From positions 124,001-188,000 of the forward strand of contig NC_134033.1 of assembly GCF_964204645.1 (NCBI RefSeq): a stretch of 64,000 nt of DNA. Reading direction: 5' to 3'. Each line of letters begins with the position of its first letter. The stretch's first letter is position 1. Source of the stretch: Tubulanus polymorphus. Its lineage: Eukaryota > Animalia > Nemertea. A program made the translations under genes and the position numbers. Below the pieces are notes generated by a model, which was not told the DNA's origin, searched no databases, and saw nothing but the letters and a program-made list of their open reading frames with translations. Of the stretch, positions 41,249 to 54,100 are shown in pieces.

Positions 41249-44129
41249 CTTTATATTATTTATACTTTTTACTGAATGATGGTTTCACAGCACGCATCAG
41301 TGAATAGAGATTGCTGCTGCTCGTGGGGTTAAACCGGAGTGTTTTATGTCGCTCTCCATCTCGAATCACCTTCATACATCACAAGTATTCGATTCATAAG
41401 TAAATTTACTTACTGTAATTCAATGTTGAAATGGTTTGAAGACATTCTGTCGCTTCTGCGTTGAAAGAGAAGCTTCTAAATATTTCAAGTGAAAATTGGG
41501 ATTGATTCGTCCGCCATCATTCTGAAATGGGACATACTTCACTTGGGAGGGCTAGTTCTGTAGACCGCGCAGATTGAGGTCGACTAGGACTCAGCGGCAA
41601 GAGCGCTCCGGGCACCGACTAAAGAGTTCACGGTAATGCCCGCGGTAGACTTAACATGCCGCTCCGAATTGATAGTTGCGGGAAATAATACCACGAAATT
41701 AGAGATTTGTAGCGATTTCCGTGCATTAGTTGAACAGATGAATGTCCTACTAAAATCCTGCAACAAATTGGCATCAATCTGAACGGGATAAATACGTCCG
41801 GACACAAACACCGTCCGATTGACTGGGTGTAAAGCGGGACTCGACACTTCCCGGTTGGAGTAAACATCTAACAGGTGGTGCTCCGGGAGATTTTGTGAAA
41901 CAGCTGATGACATTTTCATGATCTTTAGACGAGTTTGATCGCCGTTATACCGTCGTGGAATGGCACCTATTGTGAAAACTGATTAGGTGTGAAGTGATGC
42001 AATGACATTCAGTTGAAGTCAAACGACGAGAAGGGCTCTGAGACTGATGTGGACTTTACGAGAGGAATAAACTATTTTTGAGAAGGTATCAAGATGGATC
42101 TGGCACAGAGCCAAAGCCGGCAAACTGACTACTGAATTTTATTTCTGTGTTGTTGATAATCTCGCGAGACTAGCGCTAATATTGTATAAATCTAGTTTCG
42201 TTCTCGCGAGATTATCAACAATCCGGAAATAAAGTGCAACCTGATTTAGAAGGCCTGCCCGGCCCGGGGGCGCAAACCCTATTGATATTGATGAAAGCAA
42301 AATACTTGACTGTTTTTAGAGTAAATATACAGATATCTTTTCTTCATCTATTTATAGATTGATTCTGAAGAAGAGGAGAACACAAATAACAGTTTTCATC
42401 ATCATCATCATCATCTGTGCGGTCTGAAGTATCTAGAGGTCACCAAGACTCAACACCCCTTCATATCATTCGAGGTCAAGTTCTATATTTATGTGACAAA
42501 TATCTATGAAGTATTTTGCTCAAATAAATTCATTCTGTTTTCATATCGATGAAAATAAGTGTAGTTATTCATTTCAGTTTTAAATTCGTCTCTGTTTTGA
42601 GGAATTACTATTTTTCCCGACATCAGATCCAGAATATCACCTTGCCATCACCATGACAACGCACCAGTCAAAACAAACAACAATCATTCAGAAATGAAGC
42701 CCTGTAGATTCTTGGTTTCAAGTTTCTCTATTTTGGTTGAGTAGATTCTGAATGATGCAAAGTTAACTAAGACACTGGTTTTATCAAAATCATCTCTGGA
42801 AGACAGTGCCAATCATGGAAGGGTTTTAACAGTCACTCAGATATTGTATTCCACTGCATTCAGATCAAACCAACAGTTCAGACTCAACTTGAGAACTATT
42901 TTGTCTTAATGTAAAATAAATTTCACGTTTAATTTGACACTGAAGATATAAATTTCTAAATTTCCAATAGATGGCACCTGTGATATACAGTATATTCGTA
43001 TTAATCCAATAATTTGGTGGTTCAGCAGAAATCCAATAGGTGGCGATCATGTCGTAATAACTATTCATCAGTATATATCAGACACCCTGGTTTATCATCT
43101 GATCAAAATCACTGGGTTTGAACTTGGAACATCCTAAAAATCCTCTAAACAGCATGAAACATCACAGTCATTTAGAATCAATAATTCATTCATTTGACGC
43201 GCAGTCAATTTCAGGTTAAGACGTGTCGCAGGTTTCAGTTATTGAGATCCTCCTCCATTAGACTGAAAATAAATCAAACAACATTCATTATAACATCATT
43301 AGAGCAATTTCACAAAAATCATAGTAAATATTCGATATAAATAAGAGTAACTAAACGAACCTGATCTAAACATCATCTTCTTTTGAGTAGAATAAACAAA
43401 ACTCTAGCGTTACGCCTACATCCGAAATAATACAAAACACTGAATATCATTATTTCTTCATCAGATAAAAAATGAAAACAGATTCAACAAGATTCAAAAT
43501 GCTGTTAGTGTCAAGAATTTTCAGTGTTACAATCTTTTTTTCATACAAGACTTAACGGTAAATTGGTTCAGACTTAGAGCAGGGAACACTATATGAATTT
43601 ATTCCCACACCGTCTGAAATTACAGATTTCACAATGAAATTTGCAGCGTGTTCGTTGCTCAGCTGCAGGTGAATCACAACATTCAAACATGTTTGATATT
43701 TCCACAGTTAATTTTGTCGCAGCAAATATTTTTGTTTAGTCCCAAACACAGTAAATTGAGCCGCAATCTTTGACAAGCTTTCAAATCATGATGGCATCAA
43801 TGATTTGAGAACGGCGCTGAAAACCTGCTTGGATTTTGGTAAACTCGATTTTAAAACACCGCAGTTTTTAACTTCGAAACTGTTTCTACAAATCTACTGT
43901 GGGTTTTTATTCATCGACTAGAAGTGGTGCAAAGCCGTGCATATCACAGCAGTTTGTGTCAGTTGCGATTGAAAGCAACTGTTGGCCTACCGTAGGCCGG
44001 AGTAGAACACGGGCAACTAGCCCGATACGGCTTGCGACGAGTCGGTAGGCGTCGGGTTGCCGTCGCAAGCCGGCTTATGTCGAACAGATAGAGCAGCAAC
44101 TGGAGATTGTAGTCGGGAAAATCTCTTAC

Positions 44130-45907
44130 CTGTTTTGGAATCCGCTCGGTCCAGCAACGGCGCTTCCTGATAAACTACCGTTCAAACTGGAGCCAGTAAT
44201 CGCTCTGTTACTGGCCGATTAGCGATCGCTCTCATCGCGGATTATCCCGACTCGGTCGATGTGGCTTCCGCTAGCGCTAAGACTGCCAGTCATAGCCATA
44301 GACATCTCACCGATACTAGGTCCGATACTGGGGTTCGCTACCCGGTCACTGGTCGTTTCTATACTGTGAGAATCAGCTACAACAAATATAAACATTCACT
44401 CATACTAGTACTGAACTAACTTAAATGACGTCATAGGGGGATTTATATAGCAGCCACACCAGACAACATGGCTTTATCAGTCAATCCCCTTATGACATCA
44501 TCAAATTATCTTTCTCTTTCTGGCAAGTCTATATAAAACGTAGAAAAGTTGGCCACCTCCAATAAATCCCCCTATGACATCATCAAATTATCCCTTATGA
44601 ATCCTAGAAAGACAGCTGATTCCGGACCCTGCACTATATGAAAAGTATGGTTTAAGTACTTACGGGCGTAAGGCCCCGATGGGCCACTTCCTTCGTTCTG
44701 TTCGAACTCAAATCGAACTCCGCCCGGAGTCAGTCGTCGATACGCCGCAACCACCGCTGCGACACAGCGATATCAGTACCACGCCAACATACGCCAATAA
44801 TATCGGTACACCGATACCAACGGCTAAACTAGCGACAACTGGCGCTACGATAACAGACGCAGTTACACCACCGGCTATTACCATATTCCTCTTGTGCTGT
44901 GGTAGGTGACCGTAACGTGTATGTAACTGAAACACAAGATAAACACATGAGAAATAGCATTTTTCATGGTTAAATTTGCAATAAAAATCTAGCGCGTGAT
45001 GGATTTAGGTTCCAATTTCCGTTTCTGACTAGCGCCATCAAGCGAGTAATTTCAGAACTTGAATTTGTCGATATCCTGTATTTCACCCGATAAGCCTTAT
45101 CATATGTCCTTGTCATTACAGTTAAATGACAGTTACCACTTGATACAGTTTATGCGCAGTATTTAGAACTAGTATTTTGACAAATCAAATCAATAAGGAT
45201 TTATTACTTTTAAGTGTTGGTTATTCAACGTCACTCTGTGAATTCAATTCGAATACAGTCTATATTCAATCCCAGTTTTTGGCTGTATCCAATCCCAGTT
45301 TTTGGCTATATTCAATTATTGAAAAACTGGGATTGGGATTGACTGGTATTGACTTTGTATTGAGTTTAACAGTTGTGTGGGTTTAATTTCAACATGAAAG
45401 GACATTTCAAAGGACATAATGATATCTGTAATGAGGCATTCAATAAATGAACACTTTCCTTTAGTTCAACAATTTAAACAAATTGAAAAACTGTAGTCAG
45501 AAAGCTGACCTACCACACATATTAAGCTATCATTTTATGTCTCACGTGGTCACCCTGTGTGATAGGCCTCACGTATAAAAGACTTTCAGTTATGTGTCCA
45601 TGCGTATATGTTCTCGGCATTCAGACCAAAAACGACCTTTTGGGCACGAGGCCCTTGTGATTCGTGTGGAAATATAATAATGATCACTAAATTGAGATTC
45701 TCACAGACAGACGGCAGATGGATTCCTAATATTAGTCGATAATTTACCTTGCGTCCGACCCAGACGGGAATCCCTATGATCATCGCGGGAACTGCGATTC
45801 CAGCAACGAGTCCGATACCGACCGGAGCGCCAACTAACGTGCCGAGTTGCCACAATATCTTCTTTCGGCTCCATGGCTTTTTATCCCAGAAAGTGCAGCC
45901 AGACGGA
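44130..45907 (-). pseudogene. RNF19: RNF19 partial gene copy 5
   Basis: Same exons and shared lesions; 3-bp deletion changes YVYG to YVG. Confidence 0.92.
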
Positions 45908-46428
45908 CTGAAAATCAACATAATCGACTAAATTATTACTCAATTTCTAAGGACTTATAAACCTTTATCATCGATTAAACATCATTAGAGCAATTCACAA
46001 TCAAATCAAATTAAATCATATCAAATATTCGATATAAATAAGAGTAACTAAACAAACCTGATCTAAACATCACCTTCTTTTGAGTAGAATAAACAAAACT
46101 CTAGCGTTACGCCTACATCCGAAATAATACAAAACACTGAAAATCATTATTTCTTCATCAGATAAAAAATGAAAACAAATTCAACAAGATTCAAAATGCT
46201 TTTAGTGCCAAGAATTTGTTACAATCTTTTTTTCATACAAGACTTAGGCTAACGGTTAATTGGTTCAGACTTAGAGCAGGGAACACTATATCTTTGAAAA
46301 TATGTTGGCATCAATGATTTGAGAACGGCGCTGAAAACCTGCTTGGATTTTGGTTAACTCGGTTTTAAAACACCACTGAAACTGGTTTCTAGAGGTCTGT
46401 GATTAGGGCCTAAGATATATCTACCTGA

Positions 46429-46793
46429 TAGAACGATGACCGCACTCAAACGTGGTGAACGGATAATAAGATAAAATCCCACTATTTACAGATTAAAAGA
46501 ATTTAAAAACAAGAATTATTTATTAAATCTAAAATATTTAAAAGACACAACGTTTCGATCTCACCCTAGAGATCATCGTCAGGTGTGAATTATTATCAGG
46601 TGTGATTTATTTCATCGCATAATCTACAAATTCAATCTTCAGTTTAACAGTGAAATCAAAATTCATAAATTAAAACCCTGACGATGATCTCTAGGGTGAG
46701 ATCGAAACGGCGTGTCTTTTAAATATTTTAGATTTAATAAATAATTCTTGTTTTTAAATTCTTTTAATCTGTAAATAGTGGGATTTTATCTTA
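46429..46793. mobile_element. Penelope-like element-derived palindromic insertion
   Basis: 12-bp TSD ATATCTACCTGA (46417-46428 / 46794-46805). 117-bp inverted arms at 46467-46583 and 46677-46793 carry a hammerhead core. Absent from units 1-4. Confidence 0.8.
46545..46586 (-). ncRNA. Minimal type-I hammerhead ribozyme motif (Penelope pLTR type)
   Basis: - strand reads ACAC-CUGACGA-U-GAUCUC-UAGGGU-GAGAUC-GAAAC-GUU-GUGU: conserved core, 6-bp helix II, 4-bp helix I, palindromic ACGU in place of helix III. Confidence 0.7.
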
Positions 46794-48050
46794 ATATCTA
46801 CCTGAATTGAGGGATCACTTGTTAACTTCATCGCCAAACAGTTATTCCTTGAACTTCCTGATGACTGCAGTTAATTAATAATATTAGTAGAGCTTCACCC
46901 TGACATAAACATAGAAACCTGTCAGAGAAATCACTCTTTACTGAATGATGGTTTTACAGCACGCATCAGTGAATAGAGATCGCTGCTGCTCGTGGGGTTA
47001 AACCGGAGTGTTTTATGTCGCTCTCCATCTCGAATCACCTTCATACATCACAAGTATTCGATTCATAAGTAAATTTACTTACTGTATTTCAATGTTGAAA
47101 TGGTTTGAAGACATTCTGTCGCTTCTTCGTTGAAAGAGAAGCTTCTAAATATTTCAAGTGTAAATAGCGATTTATTCGTCCGCCATGCTAGTTCTGCAGA
47201 CCGCGCAGCTCGAGGTCGACTCGGACTCAGGCTTTGCGCTCCGAGCACCAACTAAAGAGTTCACGGTTCTAGCCGCGGATGGCTTTAGATACCGCTCCGG
47301 ATTACTAGGGGGTAATGAATTCCACGGAATTAGCAATACGTAGCAATTCTAATGAACTTCCGAGCTATTGTTCGAATAAAACATTCTAAAATTATTCCCA
47401 ATTAATAAAACAATCAAATAATCTTATAAGTTGAATTGGTGACTCACAACACGTATTTAACCTAATAGTTTTTTTCAGCGGGGCACGTCTGAGAGTATCG
47501 ACAAGTTTTGTATTTCTTTAACAAATATCTGTGAAATTTTTTGCTAAAATAAATTCATTCTGTTATTAAATCGATGAAAATAAGTGTAGTTATTCATTTC
47601 ACTATGAAATTTGGCTCTGTTTTCAGGAATTACTATTTTTCCAGACATCGGATTCAGAATATCACATTGCTATCACCATGACAACGCACCAGTCAAAACA
47701 AACAACAATCATTCAGAAATGAAGCCCTGTAGATTCTTGGTTTCAAGTTTCTCTATTTTGGTTGAGTAGATTCTGAATGATGCAAAGTTTACTAGAGACA
47801 CTGGTTTTATCAAAATCATCTCTGGGGGACAGTGCCAATCCTGGAAGGGTTTTAACAGTAACTCAGATATCGTGTTCCACTGCATTCAGATCAAAACAAA
47901 CAGTTCACACTCAACTTGAGAAATATTTTGTGTGTATCTAAAATAAATTTTACGTTTATTTTGACACCAAGACAATAGGTGGCGTAGTCATCTTCTGGTA
48001 GAAACTTTGGTCTCAAGAATTTAAGTTTAAGAAAATATTTAAAAAACAGA

Positions 48051-48056
48051 TTTATT
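48051..48056 (-). promoter_or_regulatory. Probable polyadenylation signal (AATAAA) of ZZEF1
   Basis: AATAAA on the - strand ~95 nt downstream of the stop codon at 48151-48153. Confidence 0.55.
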
Positions 48057-48150
48057 TCATCGCATAATCTACAAATTCAATCTTCAGTTTAACGGTGAAA
48101 TCAAAATTCATAAATTAAAACCCTTAATTTATGACGCATTAACTTTGAAT

Positions 48151-51100
48151 TCAACCGGTTTTTTCTCCAGAAATCAATTCAATTTTCATTTCTTTTTTCA
48201 CGCTAAGAACGTTGAGTATACCCTGAAAATATAATCGAAAAAATCTAAACTCAATTTCATACGCTTAGACCTGTATTAGATAGAACCGATTGGATAAAAT
48301 AGAAACCTCTTTGAGAATAGTTTCCCATTCAGACTGCAGTCTAACACTAGCTGTATACCACACTTCAATTCCGCACATCTAAAATCAACAAAATATACAT
48401 GAATTTAGAACATTAATAAAACTTCAATCGGAGATGCCTAGATCACCCACACTTACCAGGGCTAGTTCCTCAGCGACGTAGAACAGCTCAGTTAAAGCTC
48501 GACTGAGAGATGAAGAGAGTTTACCAGCTTCCAGAACAACTGACGTCATCTTCACGTACAGACTCCAAATCGGTTTCAAATACGATAAATTTATTATCAA
48601 TTTCTTTTCACCTTCTTCCAACCTGTAAATATTTCAGATAACATCAAAACCATTGACCGGGTTCGAACCCGAGTTCCACTCCCACTGGGTTCGAGTTCCA
48701 CTCCCACTGGGTTCGAGTTCCACTCCGACTGGGTTCGAGTTCCACTCCCACTGGGTTCGAGTTCCACTCCGACTGGGTTCGAGTTCCACTCCCTCTGGGT
48801 TCGAGTTCCACTCTCACTGGGTTCTCCAAATCTCATCACAGAATTACAAATTCTATTTTCTGATAGATGGCGTCAGTGAAATGTAGTTTATCCAAAACGT
48901 TGGTTGTAATCTTATCTTATCTTATCTTACCGATGTAGGAATTATAGCATATTCGAGATAAAACCATTAAACCTTTTCTATGTATCAGTTTCGAACCCGG
49001 GACGGCTGTGATTATACTAACTGTTTTTGATGCATGCGTAGTATGTCCAGTAGGAGTTGTATAGCCTTCAACCTGAATGAACCTTGTTGACGACAAACGA
49101 CGTTTACCATAGATAACCACAACCAACGATGCCATTCCTTCTCAGCTTTTGATTCCATCGGTAACAACCTACAATATTATAGAACCACACGCGGTGATGC
49201 GTGAATCGATGATGATTTACAGCTAAACTTGATTTACACCTACTTTTGAATATTTGGTTGATTAAGAACGGAGTGTATAATTCTATGTCCGGTATCTAGG
49301 CGATCGAGTTGGTCTCCGCTGACCGTAAACCGATATCCCCAATTCTTTAACTTCGACCTCGCATCGAACTCGTAATAAAGCGTGTCTCCTGGAAACTGTA
49401 ATTCCTGCCACGTGAAACCGTTTGTACTGTTTTTACTGCCACGTAATTTCTTACAATGTTTGGTTAAATCTTCAGATGTTGCCAGAGTCAAAGAGGCTTC
49501 TTCAGTCATACATCTATAAACCATACACAGGTTACATTTAACATACAGGACCCAGTTCCACACTTCTGAGTAAGAGTTAACTCTGAGTTAAAGTTAGTTC
49601 ATTTTCAATGAGTCAAATCTTAACTCACAACTGTGGAACTGGACCCAGGCGGCTAGGGTGGAGTTCAAATATCAACAAGATTTCAGAACTGTGGAACTGG
49701 AGACCAGCGGTGTGGAACTGGAGCCAGAACTGTGGAACTGGAGACAGAATGTGGAACTGGAGCCAGAACTGTGGAACTGGATCCAGAACTGTGGAACTGG
49801 ATCCAGAACTGTGGAACTGGAGCCAGAACTGTGGAACTGGATCCAGAACTGTGGAACTGGAGCCAGAACTGTGGAACTGGAGCCAGAACTGTGGAACTGG
49901 ATCCAGAACTGGTGATCTTGAGAACTGTGATACTGGGTCCAATTATTGTGGAACTGGTTTCAGAAATGTGGAACTGAATCCATTAACTGTGGAACTAAGT
50001 CCAAATCTGTGGAACTGGAGTCCTGAACTGAAATGATTTATCATACTAACCTTTGATCGAATTTTACATGAAGTGAAGTAGCCCCTGGTATGTGAATGTA
50101 ACTACTAATCTTACACGCGCTAGTAAATGGATGCTGCGATTCACAAATCTTTAATAAATACTCATCCTCCATAAAGTGACAAGCTGTGGTTGTTATGGCG
50201 ATGACGCAGGCCGGTTCACAGTTTTTAATCAGGTTTGAAACGAGCTGTAATTAAAAACAAAATGTCCATAGAGAGAGAGAGATGTGGGAGGTGAGGGAGG
50301 TGAGTAGGGAGGTGAGGGAGGTTAGGGTTATATTACGTACCTTCTGTATAGAATGTTTACTATCAGTTCTACTCAACATATCGATCAGACACGGAATCTG
50401 AGACTCGTTAGAACAACCCAATAATTGAGCAGTAATTAAACTATCTCCGGCAGACGGCCAATCAGAGAGTAGTTTCATTAAAACCTCTCTAGCGTACAGA
50501 ATCGCTATCGCTTTATTCGTCTACAAAACAAACCATAGAAATAATCCATTAATCCCCCTATGACATCATCAAATCGAAGAATAAATGAATTTTATTTTAC
50601 GAATGACACTATTTACCTTGATAAGATACTCGGGTGGTGGAGGAGTTTTACCATATTTATCAACAGCTTGTTCTAACAAATAGAAACTGTTTAAATGTCT
50701 CTGTCTGAGAGAATCGTTGTAAATATCGTTATCAGGAACCGCGACCAGTTGTTGACAATTCTCAAATAATTCATCTTCAGCTTCTTCCATCACTTCACTA
50801 ATAAATACATCAACTCATTACTTACAATCATCATCATCAACTCTCTGTTCGGAGGGTTATAAAAAAACAAACCTTTTCTTATCGTGTGAACCCTGAGCTG
50901 TGAACGGTTTCAAACCGGTATCTAAAGTTTTATCACTATTTTCTTTCACCAGAGTTCTAAATAAAACATAGAAATAGACGACAATGAAACTGATTGTTTG
51001 AATGGATTTCGATCGGGTTGAAATCGATCTTACTTCTGTAATGTTTCATAAATTCCAGTAGCTTTATCAGTCATCGCTTCGATCATCTGTAATCTCTGAA

Positions 51101-54100
51101 ATAAACAATAATCACAACTTTTACACTTCTCAATTTCAATGAATTTGCTCTGAAACATTTAGAATACTTACAACGACGTAAGCCTTTGCTTGTTCTCTTT
51201 GTCCATCAAATTGTTCGTCATCGATATCATCTAAATTCATATCTTGCATTCTCTACAAATTGATTCAAATATCTCATTTTATAAACGGCAGCTCCCAGAA
51301 ATCATCCGATGACATCGGTGAAACTTACTAGGAATTTTTGCGTTAATTCGTCGAGTTCGGGTTTCGTTAATTCTTTCACCGTTGATTTTTTCTCCGATGC
51401 ACCAGTACTAGTGCTGCCACCTTTAGCGCCTTGGGTTTTACTCGTTTTACTCATTGTATTTTTCCTCGAATACAACATTAAAGATAAAACCTGAAACAGA
51501 GCGTGAAACGAGAGTTACAAACCTGTGAGGGGAGGGGAGTAATCACTCTGTGATGGGGAGGTGGGATAGTGATCACCCTGAGGGGGAGAGTAATCACCCC
51601 GTGAAGGGGAGAGGAGAGGGGGGATGGTAACATACCTCAAGATCTTTCAACATTATTTGGTTGCTGAAACCAGTTCCGAAACTTGCTAAATAAACAACAC
51701 TCTGAATCAGTTGCATTTTACACAGAGATTTCGTATCTGAATAAACCATAGACTGAAGCAAAGCCTTCAACGCTAGCGCCAGAACCCACATAGCTTCTAC
51801 GCATACAACTTCACCTGAAATATTCAAACAACAAACAACAGTTCAAACATCCGTTGAAATCCTGAACGTAAAATAAAACTTGTGAATTTAAAACCGACCT
51901 GATTTGATACGATTGACGTAAGTTTGAATGAGTTCAATTAAACTATTCACTTGTTCATCATTGATCATGTGATCATAAATATTACATGATTCAACATGTT
52001 TATCTTTTACCTACAAAAAACCGTTATACATCGAGAATATACAGTTTAAAACGATAAGACGTATTAAACAGGTGCGGGATGTTTTACTGATTGTTAAACG
52101 ATCGCGGGATGTTTTACTGATTGTTACCGTTTGTTTTTTCCGGGATTGTTTATCTATAATGTCGGTCAATCTGTTCGGATATCGTTTTAAAATGACTCCA
52201 TCATTAGCGTCGATACCGTAGATAAATTTACTGTATTTCACGTGTGTGCCGATAGTTAAAACATTCGGGAATCCGGCGAGAATAAACATCGAGAATATCA
52301 TCGTAGGATCAATAACCTACAACATAATACAATACATGTACATGTAACGACAGGCTCATGTAATAAGACTTACAGACATGCAACCACAACTCACATGCCA
52401 GGGGTTACTTTCCGAATACGAGTCAACTGACAGTAAACTGACTGATAGAGTTGAAATGAGTTTAGTTTACCTGATCAGCAGGGTTAGAGTTGATTGTATG
52501 GGTATACATGTATTTCAGTAATACATCGTGCCAGCCCGGTTTATTCACTAATTGTTGTAGTATAACAGCTACGCTGTACGCCCATTGTAAACCAGTACTA
52601 CAACAAACAATCGATAATTCAGGTTTATCCCACCCCGGTTAAATCCGGTTTAAACCGAGTTGAAGTTACTTACAACGCCAGTCGTTTAGCTCCGTATGAA
52701 AACAAAAAATCAATAGTCCGATATCCGTCCATATCGGCGATCGTCGTCGATGGCAACGGTTGCTTAGTAACCGACTCTACGGCTTGATCGCACACTTTAG
52801 ACTCGGTGTAATCTTTAAGAAGTAGTTGCCCTAGTAACGCGAGAGCTAGATGTTCTGTTTTAATATCGTGCTCCGTATCGCGATGAACGACTGTGAATAA
52901 CTGACTGAGGAATTCTTCATTGTGAAATTTGAATCCGTTCTCGTCAATCGGTATCTACAACAATAAATACAACCATTCTAAATAGTCGTCATGGTAACTA
53001 CAATAATGAGCGGCGGGTGAGTGGTTTACGAACCTGTGAGTTGTAAGCAGATGGAATCAGAGCCCCGATTAAACCAATGATTCGCTCCTGATGATTAATA
53101 GCAAACGCTACTTCCTGTTTCATTATCAGTTCCGGATCTGACGTCAAACTGTTCATTAAAGTCTCTTCTAAAACATACAAACATCCAGCTAATCAGAGAG
53201 AGGCTGGCAGGTGAAAGAGAGGCTGGCAGACGGAGTTTATGTCAGAGAGGGGCTGGCAGATGGAGTTTATGTCAGAGAGAGGCTGGCAGACGGAGTTAAT
53301 GTCAGAGAGAGGCTGGCAGACAGAGTTCATGTCAGAGAGAGGCTAGAGTCAACGGCTCAAAAACTAAGTTTTTCGTGCATCAAGGCTAAAATCGTGCACA
53401 AAGGCCAACAGTTCAGTTAGAGGACTCGATCCGTGCACAAAGGCCAACAGTTAGACGACTCGATCCGTGCACAAAGGCCAACAGTTACAGGACTCGATCC
53501 CTGCACAAAGGCCAACAGTTAGAGGACTCGATCCGTGCACAAAGGCCAACAGTTAGAGGACTCGATCCGTGCACAAAGGCCAACAGTTAGAGGACTCGAT
53601 CCGTGCACAAAGGCCAACAGTTAGAGGACTCGATCCGTGCACAAAGGCCAACAGTTAGAGGACTCGATCCGTGCACAAAGGCCAACAGTTAGAGGACTCG
53701 ATCCGTGCACAAAGGCCAACAGTTAGAGGACTCGATCCGTGCACAAAGGCCAACAGTTAGAGGACTCGATCCGTGCACAAAGGCCAACAGTTAGAGGACT
53801 CGATCCGTACACAAAGGCCAACAGTTAGGGGACTCGATCCGTGCACAAAGGCCAACAGTTAGAGGACTCGATCCGTGCACAAAGGCCAACAGTTAGAGGA
53901 CTCGATACGTGCACAAAGGCCAACAGTTACAGGACTCGATCCGTGCACAAAGGCCAACAGTTACAGGACTCGATCCGTACACAAAGGCCAACAGTTACAG
54001 GACTCGATCCGTGCACAAAGGCCAACAGTTAGAGGACTCGATCCGTGCACAAAGGCCAACAGTTACAGGACTCGATCCGTGCACAAAGGCCAACAGTTAC

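Larger units (their letters stand above)
19661..47985 (-). repeat. Tandem segmental duplication array: five 5.3-6.1 kb units (starts ~19661, 25761, 31062, 36399, 42314) plus a partial diverged sixth start (~47520-47985)
   Basis: The same landmarks recur in each unit: GATATCTTTTCTT-(CAT)n block, RNF19 exons, and the CCGCCAT block. Units differ by SNPs and indels. Confidence 0.97.

Noticed and set aside
24873-43068. Recurrent short ORFs in the array (e.g. MNSYYDMIATYW.., MTSTECHC.., MKACQRLR..)
   Set aside because: No recognisable domains, frames differ between units, and the recurrence simply reflects the duplication.
46677-46720. Second hammerhead in the right arm (+ strand)
   Set aside because: The cleavage triplet is GGC rather than NUH, and the helix I partner is replaced by the captured sequence.
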